In this document: in pieces, positions 19,996 to 29,296 of the stretch
Layout of the letters: the number at the start of each line of letters is the position of its first letter
Position numbering within the stretch: the stretch's first letter is position 1
NCBI GenBank assembly: GCA_947495695.1
Contig: CANLZP010000001.1
Coordinates: 143,069-207,068, forward strand
Length of the DNA: 64,000 nt
Source: an uncultured Erythrobacter sp.
Lineage (GTDB): Bacteria; Pseudomonadota; Alphaproteobacteria; Sphingomonadales; Sphingomonadaceae
Direction: 5' to 3'
Notes under the pieces: generated by a model
What the model was told of the DNA's origin: nothing
The model's database searches: none
What the model saw: the letters and a program-made list of their open reading frames with translations, nothing else
Translations under genes and position numbers: made by a program

Positions 19996-21252
19996 ATGAT
20001 GGCCGGCGAAGGTACTGCAAAGGGCTGGAAATCAAAAGTAGCACTCTTCCTTCCAGGAATATTCCTTGTTGGCTTCAACATCGGAACCGGCAGCGTCACG
20101 ACCATGGCTTCGGCTGGCGCGAATTTCGGCATGGCGCTTCTATGGACGGTGCTGATCTCATGCGCCGCGACCTATCTGATGGTTGCGACATATGGTCGCT
20201 ACACTTTAGTCACGGGTGAGACTGCGCTCGAGGCATTTCGGAAACATATTCACCCAGCCGTCGGGCTGTTCTTTATCGCCGCCCTTAGCGTAGGCGTGTT
20301 TGCAAGCCTTATGGGCGTGATGGGGATAGTGGCCGAAATCAGCTTTGAATGGTCGAAGACTTTCATCCCAGGTGGCGTAAAGCCGATCTATTGGGCAGCG
20401 ATCTTTTGCTCGGTCGCCTATTTCATATTCTGGAGCGGCCACACGCAGGTTTTTGAGCGCATTTTGGCCGTGGTTGTAGCCATTATGGGCGTGAGCTTCG
20501 TGCTCAATTTCTTCATCCTCATGCCGCCTGTCTCGGCGATGGCCGCAGGGCTCATCCCATCGGTGCCGGATACTGGGTCGAGCGAGGCGGGACCTTTGCT
20601 GCTTGTCGCATCGATGGTCGGCACCACGATCTTCTCGGGGCTATTCATCATGCGCACAACCTTGGTGAAGGAGGCAGGCTGGACGATCGCACAGGACAAA
20701 CAACAACGGCGCGATGCGGCATTCGCCGCAATCATGATGTTCGTCATCAGCGCATCGATTATGGCGGCCGCAGCGGGGAGCCTATTCGTGGAGGGCATTA
20801 CGCTAGACAGCGCATCGAAAATGATCGGGTTGCTGGAGCCGCTTGCTGGACCGTTGGCTGTCTCAATCTTTGCCATCGGAATTATTGCGGCAGGGGTCTC
20901 GTCTCAGTTTCCGAACCTAATTCTCATTCCATGGCTCATTTGCGATTTTCGCAGCACGCCGCGCGACATGACGATCTGGAAATACCGCCTATTCGTGGGT
21001 ATCATTTCCCTGCTTGGGCTTGTCGTACCTCTTTTTGAGGCAAGACCGGTTTTGGTCCTTATCTTGAGTCAGGCATTCAATGTGGCGCTTTTGCCGATGA
21101 CGGTCGCGTGCATTTTCTATCTCGGCAATCGCAATGACTTGATGGGTGAATACCGCCATTCATGGCTGACCAATGTTGGGCTTGGCGCGATATTCTTCTT
21201 CTCACTCGTAACCGGCTATATGGGCTTTCAGGGCCTAATGGGCATGCTTTGA
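19996..21252 (+). CDS. NRAMP-fold transporter lacking the DPGN motif (YcsG-like)
   Basis: GFNIGTGSVTTMASAGANFG, ASMVGTT; about 11 TM segments. Confidence 0.8.
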   Translation: MMAGEGTAKGWKSKVALFLPGIFLVGFNIGTGSVTTMASAGANFGMALLWTVLISCAATYLMVATYGRYTLVTGETALEAFRKHIHPAVGLFFIAALSVGVFASLMGVMGIVAEISFEWSKTFIPGGVKPIYWAAIFCSVAYFIFWSGHTQVFERILAVVVAIMGVSFVLNFFILMPPVSAMAAGLIPSVPDTGSSEAGPLLLVASMVGTTIFSGLFIMRTTLVKEAGWTIAQDKQQRRDAAFAAIMMFVISASIMAAAAGSLFVEGITLDSASKMIGLLEPLAGPLAVSIFAIGIIAAGVSSQFPNLILIPWLICDFRSTPRDMTIWKYRLFVGIISLLGLVVPLFEARPVLVLILSQAFNVALLPMTVACIFYLGNRNDLMGEYRHSWLTNVGLGAIFFFSLVTGYMGFQGLMGML

Positions 21253-21265
21253 TGGAGTTAGGCTG

Positions 21266-22447
21266 ATGCGCGAATCCTGGCGTTGGTTTGGGCCAAGCGA
21301 TCCGGTCTCGCTGGAGGAAATTCGCCAAACTGGTGCGACCGATATTGTGAGCGCGTTGCACGATATCCCGATCGGCGAGCCATGGCCGCGCGAACAGATT
21401 GCGGCGCATCGCGCAATGGTCGAGCAAGGCAATGTGCCAGGTTCAATTTTGCACTGGACCGTGGTCGAAAGCATCCCTGTTCATGATGACATTAAGATCG
21501 CCTCGCCCGGGTGCGACGCCTATGTCGATGCGTGGATCGAAAGCATTAGGAACCTTGCGGCGGAGGGCATCAAGACCATCTGCTACAACTTCATGCCCGT
21601 TATTGATTGGACGCGAACAGACCTGCGACACCAACTTCCGAATGGCGCATATGCGCTGAAATTTGATCAGGAACGCTTTGCGGCATTTGATCTTTTCATC
21701 CTCAAACGAGCGGGCGCGGAGGCTGACTACAGCGAGGTCGAACTTGCCCGCGCAAGCGCCGCATTTGAAGCGATGTCAGCGGAGGATGTCGCTGGCCTTA
21801 CCAACACGATCATTGCCGGTCTTCCAGGTAAGATGACAGATGCCTATTCGCTAGACGATTTTCGCGCGATGTTGGCGCGCTACAACGGGATCAGCCATAA
21901 CCAACTGCGTGCAAATCTCGTCCAGTTCTTGAAGCGTGTACTGCCCGCCGCAGAGAAACTTGATGTGAAGCTCGCGATCCATCCCGATGATCCACCATGG
22001 AGCATGTTTGGTCTCCCGAGGGTCATCTGCACGCCAGCCGACCTGGATATGCTGTTTGAGGCTGCACCAAGCCGGTCAAACGGCATTACTCTGTGCGTCG
22101 GCACGTTTGGCAGCCGGCCAGACAACAATTTGCCGCAAATGGCGCGCGATTACCGCGATCGAATTCACTTTGCCCATTTACGTGGTGTTTCGCGCGACCC
22201 TGAGGAAGCACGCACATTTGTTGAGGCAAGCCATTTGGACAGCGATATCGACATGCTCAGCGTGATCCGCAATCTGCTCGCCAATGAGCGGGCCACGAAC
22301 CGTGAGATCTTCGTCCGACCCGATCACGGCCATTTGATGATGGGAGATATCTCAAAGGAGACCAATCCTGGCTATTCGGCGATCGGAAGGATGAAAGGTC
22401 TGGCGGAAATACGCGGCGTTATCCGCGCTTTGTCCTCCCCCGTTTAG
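21266..22447 (+). CDS. uxuA: Mannonate dehydratase
   Basis: MRESWRWFGPSD, VVESIPVH, CYNFMPVIDWTRT, AIHPDDPP, RPDHGH, PGYSAIGRMKGLAE. Confidence 0.96.
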   Translation: MRESWRWFGPSDPVSLEEIRQTGATDIVSALHDIPIGEPWPREQIAAHRAMVEQGNVPGSILHWTVVESIPVHDDIKIASPGCDAYVDAWIESIRNLAAEGIKTICYNFMPVIDWTRTDLRHQLPNGAYALKFDQERFAAFDLFILKRAGAEADYSEVELARASAAFEAMSAEDVAGLTNTIIAGLPGKMTDAYSLDDFRAMLARYNGISHNQLRANLVQFLKRVLPAAEKLDVKLAIHPDDPPWSMFGLPRVICTPADLDMLFEAAPSRSNGITLCVGTFGSRPDNNLPQMARDYRDRIHFAHLRGVSRDPEEARTFVEASHLDSDIDMLSVIRNLLANERATNREIFVRPDHGHLMMGDISKETNPGYSAIGRMKGLAEIRGVIRALSSPV

Positions 22448-22473
22448 TCAGCCAAATCTGCTGAGCTCGGACT

Positions 22474-22504
22474 AGGTCTGCTTTCCACCCCAATTCCAGC
22501 CATT
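22474..22504. repeat. Palindromic repeat family copy (minus orientation)
   Basis: Reverse complement AATGGCTGGAATTGGGGTGGAAAGCAGACCT aligns with the 3627 copy; AGGTCTGCTTT recurs at 22536. Confidence 0.65.
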
Positions 22505-22630
22505 GAGCCTTAGCCAAAGCTCAGCCGGAAGGCGAAGGTCTGCTTTAAGGCAAAGCTGTTGCACCTAAAGACTAGCCGCTAACCTTCGATAATCCCCCCT
22601 TATCGAAACCCAAAAAAATTGCTTACTTCT

Positions 22631-22695
22631 GGTCTGCAATGCGCCCCAGTCCAAGACGTAAGCATCCGAGATCTTAGTTCCGGAAAGCAGACATT
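22631..22695. repeat. Composite repeat unit directly upstream of the recombinase
   Basis: GGTCTGCAATGCGCCCCAGTCCAAGACGTAAGCATC...GGAAAGCAGACATT; shares CCCAGT....GACGT(T)AAGCATC with 19711-19734. Confidence 0.65.
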
Positions 22696-22721
22696 CTTCG
22701 AGGCCATTCCGGCCAAGGAGA

Positions 22722-23360
22722 ATGAAAATGACCTACTCACACTTTGACCCCGCTGCTCAAAATCGAGTGCCGTGGAATTTTGGAGCGAAGATCGGGCCTA
22801 AGCGTCCATTCAATCAGAAGCAGATCTGGGCGATCCGTTTCTTCTTAGATCGCGAAGAGCGCTTTCGCGATCGAGCGCTGTTCGATCTGGCGATTGATAG
22901 CAAGCTGCGAGGCTGTGATCTCGTCGAGTTGAAGATCGGCGATTTGGTCAGCGGTCCGGACATCAGGACGCGAGCAACAATCACGCAGCGAAAGACAGGT
23001 AGGCCAGTCCAGTTCGAGATCGCAGCTGACGCGCGTGCAAGCTTGTTTGCCTGGCTGGAGCTCAGAGGCGGTGACGTCGAGGACTTTGTCTTTCCGAGCC
23101 GAGTTGATCCCGCTCGCCACTTGAGCACGCGACAATACGCTCGGCTTGTTGATGAGTGGGTGGCAGCTATTGGATTGCGGCCCGAGGAGTATGGCACTCA
23201 CTCGCTGCGCCGCACCAAAGCCTCGATAATCTACAAGGCGACCGGAAACATCCGCGCGATCCAGATCCTGCTGGGCCATTCAAAAATCGAAAACACAGTT
23301 CGCTACTTGGGTGTGGACATTGAGGACGCCCTCACTCTTGCCGAGAAAACCGAAATCTGA
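22722..23360 (+). CDS. Minimal (212 aa) tyrosine recombinase/integrase
   Basis: Catalytic R (SKLRGCDL), HSLR, LLGH and VRYLG residues; no N-terminal arm-binding or core-binding domain. Confidence 0.93.
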   Translation: MKMTYSHFDPAAQNRVPWNFGAKIGPKRPFNQKQIWAIRFFLDREERFRDRALFDLAIDSKLRGCDLVELKIGDLVSGPDIRTRATITQRKTGRPVQFEIAADARASLFAWLELRGGDVEDFVFPSRVDPARHLSTRQYARLVDEWVAAIGLRPEEYGTHSLRRTKASIIYKATGNIRAIQILLGHSKIENTVRYLGVDIEDALTLAEKTEI

Positions 23361-23370
23361 CCGCTGCTGG

Positions 23371-23395
23371 GCGCCAGCCACGACCTGGCTGGCGC
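23371..23395 (+). terminator. Perfect 10 bp hairpin after the recombinase stop codon
   Basis: GCGCCAGCCA-CGACC-TGGCTGGCGC; no U-tract. Confidence 0.45.
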
Positions 23396-23414
23396 TCGCT
23401 ATCGGGAGTGCTGA

Positions 23415-23430
23415 CTGACCGTCCGCTTAC
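23415..23430. repeat. Palindromic repeat family half-copy downstream of the recombinase
   Basis: CTGACCGTCCGCTTAC, 15/16 identical to CTGACAGTCCGCTTAC at 19668. Confidence 0.6.
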
Positions 23431-23509
23431 AATCAATCTTGGTCGCCTAATGGACGGAAGCTAGAAAATCGACTATCGAAAAATGAAGCTGGATGGCCTT
23501 ACCAAGGCG

Positions 23510-24451
23510 CTAACGAACCAGCCTCTGGTGCGCACCAAATCCACGTAGCGCCATATCCTCGACAATCGCAGAGAGATGAATAGCGGATGGCGGGAGCGAC
23601 CGGTCCTGCCGCGTGACTATCGTCCCAGCGACTTCAACAGGCATCAACTGATCCAGCGTAGAGAGAACTGCTACTTTGCCCGCATGAATTTCCTGCCTGA
23701 TCACAGCCTCCGGGAGTAGGCCCAAAATATCGGTATTGGTCAGCAACTGGCGAAGCAGGCCAAGCTCATGGGTCGTCAGGAAGATCTCTCTCAAAGATGA
23801 AATCGATTCAAACTGCGCGGGAAATGCGTCAACGAATTGCTTGAGAAACCAGTCCGGCACCTCGGACCCTCCATAAGGATAGGAGATAAGGTCTGAAACT
23901 TCGAAAGTGCTCTTTTTGGTGAGCGGATGTCCCGCCCGGCAAGCAAAAATTGGTGGCACCAATGGAAAATTCCGATAGTCGAATTGATCGCTATGACGGT
24001 CCGGCGACAGTCCGATGAACATATCGATTCTGTCTCTCGAAAGATCGTCTTCCATCGAGCGCCAGTTGTGTTCTAGGGTCGTGAATTGGAGTTCCGGAAA
24101 TTTTGCGAGCAGGGCGGCCATTGCGGGAGCAAGCAGGCCCTCTGTGATCGCAGTGTCGACCCCTATGATAAGCCGGCCCTGCTTTAGGTTTTCCATCAAG
24201 GCGATGTCGCGTCTTGCCTGTGAAACCAATTCAACCGATTGGCGCGCTGCGACCAAGAGGCGCTCACCATATGCTGTCGGTGTGGTCTTGCGCTTCTTGC
24301 GCTCGAACAATTGGGTTCCGTATTGCTCTTCGAACTTGGCAACGGTTTGACTCAGTGCACCGTGGGTGATGCCAAGTTTGTCTGCAGCACGCCGGAAATT
24401 ACCCAACTCGGCCAAAGTTATGAGCTGCCTAAATCGCCAAAGTTCGTCCAT
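23510..24451 (-). CDS. LysR family transcriptional regulator
   Basis: HTH LAELGNFRRAADKLGITHGALSQTVAKFEEQYGTQLFER. Confidence 0.94.
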   Translation of the reverse strand: MDELWRFRQLITLAELGNFRRAADKLGITHGALSQTVAKFEEQYGTQLFERKKRKTTPTAYGERLLVAARQSVELVSQARRDIALMENLKQGRLIIGVDTAITEGLLAPAMAALLAKFPELQFTTLEHNWRSMEDDLSRDRIDMFIGLSPDRHSDQFDYRNFPLVPPIFACRAGHPLTKKSTFEVSDLISYPYGGSEVPDWFLKQFVDAFPAQFESISSLREIFLTTHELGLLRQLLTNTDILGLLPEAVIRQEIHAGKVAVLSTLDQLMPVEVAGTIVTRQDRSLPPSAIHLSAIVEDMALRGFGAHQRLVR

Positions 24452-24465
24452 CACTCACTCCATTT

Positions 24466-24482
24466 GGATAGCTATTCTAACC
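24466..24482. promoter_or_regulatory. LysR-type operator (copy 1)
   Basis: GGATAGCTATTCTAACC, a T-N11-A-type dyad; near-identical copy at 31606. Confidence 0.65.
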
Positions 24483-24582
24483 TTATTGCCTGAAATAGAT
24501 AGATTGATGATCCTGCAATTCTGAAATGAACCGATCGCGCCTGCCGCGCCGATCAGGAAAGTGTCATTCAAGGGAGCGGGAT

Positions 24583-27078
24583 ATGAAAAGCGCATTGTTC
24601 ACAACAGTTTCTATCGTCGGCTTGGCAGCCGCCCAACCAGTTTACGGACAGTCAGTCGAAACCAGCGAAGGCGCGGAGGGTGTGCCTGCATCCGAGCAGC
24701 GCGATGAAATTCTCGTGATTGCCCAGCGGCGCGAACAAGACGTTCAAGATGTGCCGATCGCCATCTCGGTCTTTTCCGATGAAGATCGCGATCGTCTGGG
24801 AATTCGCACGATTCAGGACATGTCTAACTTCACCCCCGGACTCAGCTTTTCGGCTTCGCTCGATCGGCTTTCGATCCGCGGCATTGGCCGGCTGACCAAT
24901 ATTATCGGCACCGACCCGGGTGTAGCTACTTACAATGACGGCTTCTACACGGCTTCGGCCGCCGAGGCGTCCAAGACGCCGATGTTTGTTGAGCGTGTCG
25001 AAGTGCTGCGTGGGCCTCAGGGCACTTTGTATGGACGAAATTCGATCGGCGGGTCGCTCAATGTCGTCTCGAAGCGTCCAACCGACGAATTTGAAGGCGA
25101 AGTGCGCGCGACTGTCGAAAGTTTGGGTTTCTGGATCGGAGAGGGCTACCTCTCTGGTCCGATCACTGATGAGTTGAGAGCGCGTGTCAGCGTTCAGGTC
25201 GGGCCCCGCTTTTTTGACGAGCCGTATACCAATATTTCCGGCCTCGAAGGCGAAGGGACACTCGATCGGTTTCTTGTCGAGGGGCAACTGGAATGGGACA
25301 TTTCAGACAGCACCGAATTGTGGCTAAAATATTCCCACGCCGAATGGGATGACCACAACCGCACTGGAGGCTTGGTTACGCCGTTTTCTACAACCGAGGT
25401 TCTGCCCGAAGGACTCGTGCCGAGTGCGGCCTTCGGGTATGCGGTTGCGTCTCCGGGTGTGACCGATCCGCGGTCTTTCGATGCCAATACCCGCGCCAGC
25501 CAAAAATTAACGGACAACCACAATATCGTCGCTCACCTGACCGCGGATATGGGCGGTGTCACTGTCAAATATGTCGGTGGCTATTCGCAGTATTTTTACG
25601 AGCAGATTTCGGACTACGATTTCACGAGCGTGGATTCTGTCACAACTGGTGCGGGAACATTGGCTGCGCTGAGCCCCGCTTTCGCTGCATTCACCTACAC
25701 TTACAACCCGACCTATGTGCAGGAATACATCGAGGACAAGAGCTACTATAGCAACGAGATCACCCTATCGAACAGCGACCCAGCCGCGTTCAATTGGATC
25801 GTTGGCCTCTACCAATATCACGAAGATTTCTCACAGCCGATCACTCAATTCGTCGATGCAGATGGGTCAGACAATCTGAGTGCCGCGATCGTAGCACCGA
25901 TCTGTCTGGGCCAGTTTGGCATTCCAACCGCGACCTGTGCCACCAATCCCCGCCGCTCATTTTACGAAGGCAGAAGCAATCTCGAGATCGACGGGTTAGC
26001 TGCTTTCGGTCAGGCGGATTTCGAGGTGTCGGACGGGCTAAAGCTCACGGTAGGCCTGCGCTATTCGCGTGACGAGAAGAAGGGCGATGAATCTTTCCGT
26101 CTTGTTGGTTGGAACCCCACCGATCCGACGGTTGATCCGGTTGGCTGCTTCGGGTTTGGTTGCGGGCCTTTCACGCCGGCATTCGATGTGACCGTTCCGG
26201 TCCTCAACACAGTATTTCCGGGCTTGACTGGATCTGGCGCCCAAACCCGTTCATTCGAGGATGACTGGGACGGACTTTCGTGGCGCCTTGGCCTTGATTA
26301 TGCGCCAAATCCCGACACTTTGATATTCGGCAGCTATTCGCGCGGCATCAAATCCGGCGGTTTCAATCTTGGTGTCTATTCCGCAAATGCTGTGGTCGAC
26401 AAAGAGGAAGTCGATGCGTTTGAAATCGGTATCAAGAGCCGTCCAGCTTACGGCTTTACGCTGAATGCGACTGCATTCCATTACGTCTATGATGGTTTGC
26501 AAGTTCCGATCGAGGTTGAAACCGGCGGGATTGGCCTCGGCAATCTGTTCAATGTGCCGACGTCGAAGTCGACCGGTTTTGAACTTGAGACATCCTGGGA
26601 AGCCACCGACTGGCTCGAATTCAATGCCAACTACGCCTATCTCGATGCGCGGATCACTCAGATCGATATGCTCTTTGATGATCCAAATCTGCCGGGCAAC
26701 AATCTGATCAGCATTGATGGCAACCGCTTGCCGGCATCGTCAAAGCACAAATTTTCCGTGTCAGGCCTGATCGACGTGCCGCTTGCGCAGGGGGACCTGT
26801 TCTTTGCGGGGAGCTACGTCTATCGCTCAAACGCCTACTACGGTGTTTTTGACAATCCAAACTACCGCGCTCCGGGTTGGGATCAGGTGGATCTGCGTGC
26901 GACATATGTGGCACCCGACAGGAACATCCGCTTGATCGCTTATGTCCGCAATGTCTTCGATACGCTTGGCTATGACGGTGCAGATGCACTGGAAGGAAGC
27001 CGGTCTTCGCGTTTTGGCCAGACGTTGAGCTACACTCCGCCGCGCAGTTTTGGCGCAGAGGTTCAGTTCAGCTTTTGA
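24583..27078 (+). CDS. TonB-dependent receptor
   Basis: Signal peptide, VIAQRREQ, ERVEVLRGPQGTLYGRN, C-terminal PRSFGAEVQFSF. Confidence 0.96.
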   Translation: MKSALFTTVSIVGLAAAQPVYGQSVETSEGAEGVPASEQRDEILVIAQRREQDVQDVPIAISVFSDEDRDRLGIRTIQDMSNFTPGLSFSASLDRLSIRGIGRLTNIIGTDPGVATYNDGFYTASAAEASKTPMFVERVEVLRGPQGTLYGRNSIGGSLNVVSKRPTDEFEGEVRATVESLGFWIGEGYLSGPITDELRARVSVQVGPRFFDEPYTNISGLEGEGTLDRFLVEGQLEWDISDSTELWLKYSHAEWDDHNRTGGLVTPFSTTEVLPEGLVPSAAFGYAVASPGVTDPRSFDANTRASQKLTDNHNIVAHLTADMGGVTVKYVGGYSQYFYEQISDYDFTSVDSVTTGAGTLAALSPAFAAFTYTYNPTYVQEYIEDKSYYSNEITLSNSDPAAFNWIVGLYQYHEDFSQPITQFVDADGSDNLSAAIVAPICLGQFGIPTATCATNPRRSFYEGRSNLEIDGLAAFGQADFEVSDGLKLTVGLRYSRDEKKGDESFRLVGWNPTDPTVDPVGCFGFGCGPFTPAFDVTVPVLNTVFPGLTGSGAQTRSFEDDWDGLSWRLGLDYAPNPDTLIFGSYSRGIKSGGFNLGVYSANAVVDKEEVDAFEIGIKSRPAYGFTLNATAFHYVYDGLQVPIEVETGGIGLGNLFNVPTSKSTGFELETSWEATDWLEFNANYAYLDARITQIDMLFDDPNLPGNNLISIDGNRLPASSKHKFSVSGLIDVPLAQGDLFFAGSYVYRSNAYYGVFDNPNYRAPGWDQVDLRATYVAPDRNIRLIAYVRNVFDTLGYDGADALEGSRSSRFGQTLSYTPPRSFGAEVQFSF

Positions 27079-27100
27079 GCTGGAGTGACAAGATGCGGTG

Positions 27101-27132
27101 CGTCCGGAGGTGGATTTGCAAACCTTCGGACG
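27101..27132. terminator. Hairpin between convergent TBDR and TauD genes
   Basis: CGTCCGGAGG...CCTTCGGACG inverted repeat. Confidence 0.4.
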
Positions 27133-27203
27133 TCGCCGATCGAGCTGAATTTGTGTGAAGGATGAGGCGCGAGGCCACGTCCATATAATGATGTGCAATG
27201 CCC

Positions 27204-28037
27204 TTATGTGGGCAAAGGAAATGGCTCTCCGGCCAGTGTGATGCGATGCATCAAGCGGCGTTCACCATCATAGTCATTCTCGGCAAGATGCCAGGTTAGA
27301 CGGTTATCCCAGATCGCAACCGAGCCTGGTTGCCAATTGAACCGGCATTGGAATTGCGGCTGTTGAGCATGGTGGAACAAGACTCTTAGAAATTCCTCGC
27401 TTTCCTCGCGCGCCAATCCTTCCAAAGCAATTGTGTGTGCCGGATTCACATACAGGATCTCCGCGCCCGTCTGCGGATGACGCACCATCACCGGATGGGT
27501 CGCCGAACCGACATCATCCGAACCCTTAAGAGAGCTGGCAAGATCGGTCCTCGAATAATAGCCGTCCCGGCCATAGATATGGGCATTGGAATGTACCGCT
27601 CTTAGCTGCTTTGCGCGCTGTTTGAGCGGATCAGGCAAAGCGCTCCATGCGGCGTGCATATTGGCAAACAACGTGTCGCCGCCTTTTGTCGGCAATTCGC
27701 GGGCGACAAGGATGGATCCAAGCGCAGGTGCAACATCATAGCTGTGATCAGTGTGCCAGCCGCCGCCGATATTCGTGGTTTGGTCGGCTTCCTTGCGCAC
27801 CTCGGCAATCTCAGGAAACCCTTCAACCGGCATGAAGAATTTGTTGAGGACGAGGTCGCCGAAACTCTTCGCAAAGGCCAAATGCGCTGCCGGTGCAAAG
27901 TCCTGATCTCTAAAGAATAAGACACCGCGCTGCGCTAGCAATTGCCGCATTTGATCGATTTCTGAATCGCTGGCATTGGCCAGTTGGACTCCTTCGATCA
28001 AAGAGCCGCAAGATTGTGACCAGTCGCTGGCTTTCAA
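27204..28037 (-). CDS. TauD/TfdA family Fe(II)/2-oxoglutarate dioxygenase
   Basis: GWHTDHSY (HxD), GGDTLF, AIWDNRLTWH, RLMHR. Confidence 0.93.
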   Translation of the reverse strand: MKASDWSQSCGSLIEGVQLANASDSEIDQMRQLLAQRGVLFFRDQDFAPAAHLAFAKSFGDLVLNKFFMPVEGFPEIAEVRKEADQTTNIGGGWHTDHSYDVAPALGSILVARELPTKGGDTLFANMHAAWSALPDPLKQRAKQLRAVHSNAHIYGRDGYYSRTDLASSLKGSDDVGSATHPVMVRHPQTGAEILYVNPAHTIALEGLAREESEEFLRVLFHHAQQPQFQCRFNWQPGSVAIWDNRLTWHLAENDYDGERRLMHRITLAGEPFPLPT

Positions 28038-29296
28038 ATCACACTCCCCGACAGGAAAGTTACAGCAGCATAGGCTGGGTCTGGATACTCATAAAACCCT
28101 TTGCCCACCTGCAAGCCGGATCGACCTTGCGCAAGCTGATCGATCAGGCATTTATGCACCTTGCCTGCATTCTCCGGCCCTGCAAGTGGTCCTGTCACGT
28201 GGAACAGTGTCAATGCGCGCTCCAATCCGATTTCATCCAAGATAGCGAAAGGTCCTTTGGCCTGTCGGGTGGCCGCAATCCAAGCGCGATCGACATCGTG
28301 GGGCCGCGCTACGTCATTGGTTGCGATCAAGACTGCATTCTGAGTCCATGCCGATGTCAGAGCATAGTCGGCCAAAGACGTTTCGGGATGAGCTTGGAGA
28401 AAGTCGGGCGCGGCATAAGCGGGGTCAGGATAAGTATAGAACCCGCGACCGCTCCTCATCCCAAATCGCCCCGTCCCCACAACAGGTGCGAGAAAGGACA
28501 GGACCTTACGCTTCATCAGATCCATCAATGGTTGTTCCGGCATCGCCGGGCGGTTCTTCCAGCTATCATAGATCAGCCGCGTGCCGAACAGGTCCATCAT
28601 CCCGAACGGCCCCATCGGAGAACCCGTGCGCTTCATCCACGCCCGGTCAACCTCTTCAATGCTCGCTGCGCCATCGATGACCTGCAGCATAGCAGCCGCC
28701 AGCACAGGGCCGATCATAGCATTGAAAACATACCCCTTGTTCTCTTTTTTGAGGACAAGCGACACTCCACCGAGGTGTTGCACATAGTCCTGCAAACGTG
28801 AAAGTGTAGCCGGTGACGTCCGCGGACCGGGCACGATATCAAACAACATCGCTCCCAGATGCGAATGCAGCGCGGCAAAGCGGCTTCCATCAATGACCGC
28901 GTCCTCGATATCCGAAACCAAGAGAGATGAGCTGTTGGTGGTAAGGATCGTATCGGATGCCGCGTATCTCTCCAATTCGGCGAATAATTCGCGCTTCACT
29001 GCGAGATTTTCAAAAATGGATTCGCTGACTAGCCCTGCACCGTAAAGTGCCGCTTTCAGATCTTTCTGGATCGCGATCCGTGAAGAGGCGTCCTGCGCGG
29101 CTTTGGGCGAGATAAGTCCTGCTATCGCCATCTCTCCGGCTATCTCAGATACACGCTGTGGCACTTCGAGCAGGGAGTCCCATGCAATGTCGTAAACCAC
29201 CGCGTCGTAGCCAGCCAGCGCGGCTAAGAGCGCGTTGTAACACCCCATCGTGCCGCCACCGATGAAGCAGACATGACCTTCGCCGTGAGGCTTCAT
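28034..29296 (-). CDS. 3-hydroxyacyl-CoA dehydrogenase-like protein with duplicated C-terminal domain
   Basis: FIGGGTMG Rossmann motif, ESIFENLAVK, TTNSSS; two MGPFG/KGPFA...GxGFYxYP repeats. Confidence 0.85.
   Translation of the reverse strand: MKPHGEGHVCFIGGGTMGCYNALLAALAGYDAVVYDIAWDSLLEVPQRVSEIAGEMAIAGLISPKAAQDASSRIAIQKDLKAALYGAGLVSESIFENLAVKRELFAELERYAASDTILTTNSSSLLVSDIEDAVIDGSRFAALHSHLGAMLFDIVPGPRTSPATLSRLQDYVQHLGGVSLVLKKENKGYVFNAMIGPVLAAAMLQVIDGAASIEEVDRAWMKRTGSPMGPFGMMDLFGTRLIYDSWKNRPAMPEQPLMDLMKRKVLSFLAPVVGTGRFGMRSGRGFYTYPDPAYAAPDFLQAHPETSLADYALTSAWTQNAVLIATNDVARPHDVDRAWIAATRQAKGPFAILDEIGLERALTLFHVTGPLAGPENAGKVHKCLIDQLAQGRSGLQVGKGFYEYPDPAYAAVTFLSGSVI

Noticed and set aside
19725-23360. 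Classical integron (IntI plus attC); GTTAAGC at 19725 fits GTTRRRY
   Set aside because: The recombinase is too short and lacks the IntI insertion; no paired RYYYAAC/GTTRRRY ends were found; modules carry their own promoters and regulators in both orientations.
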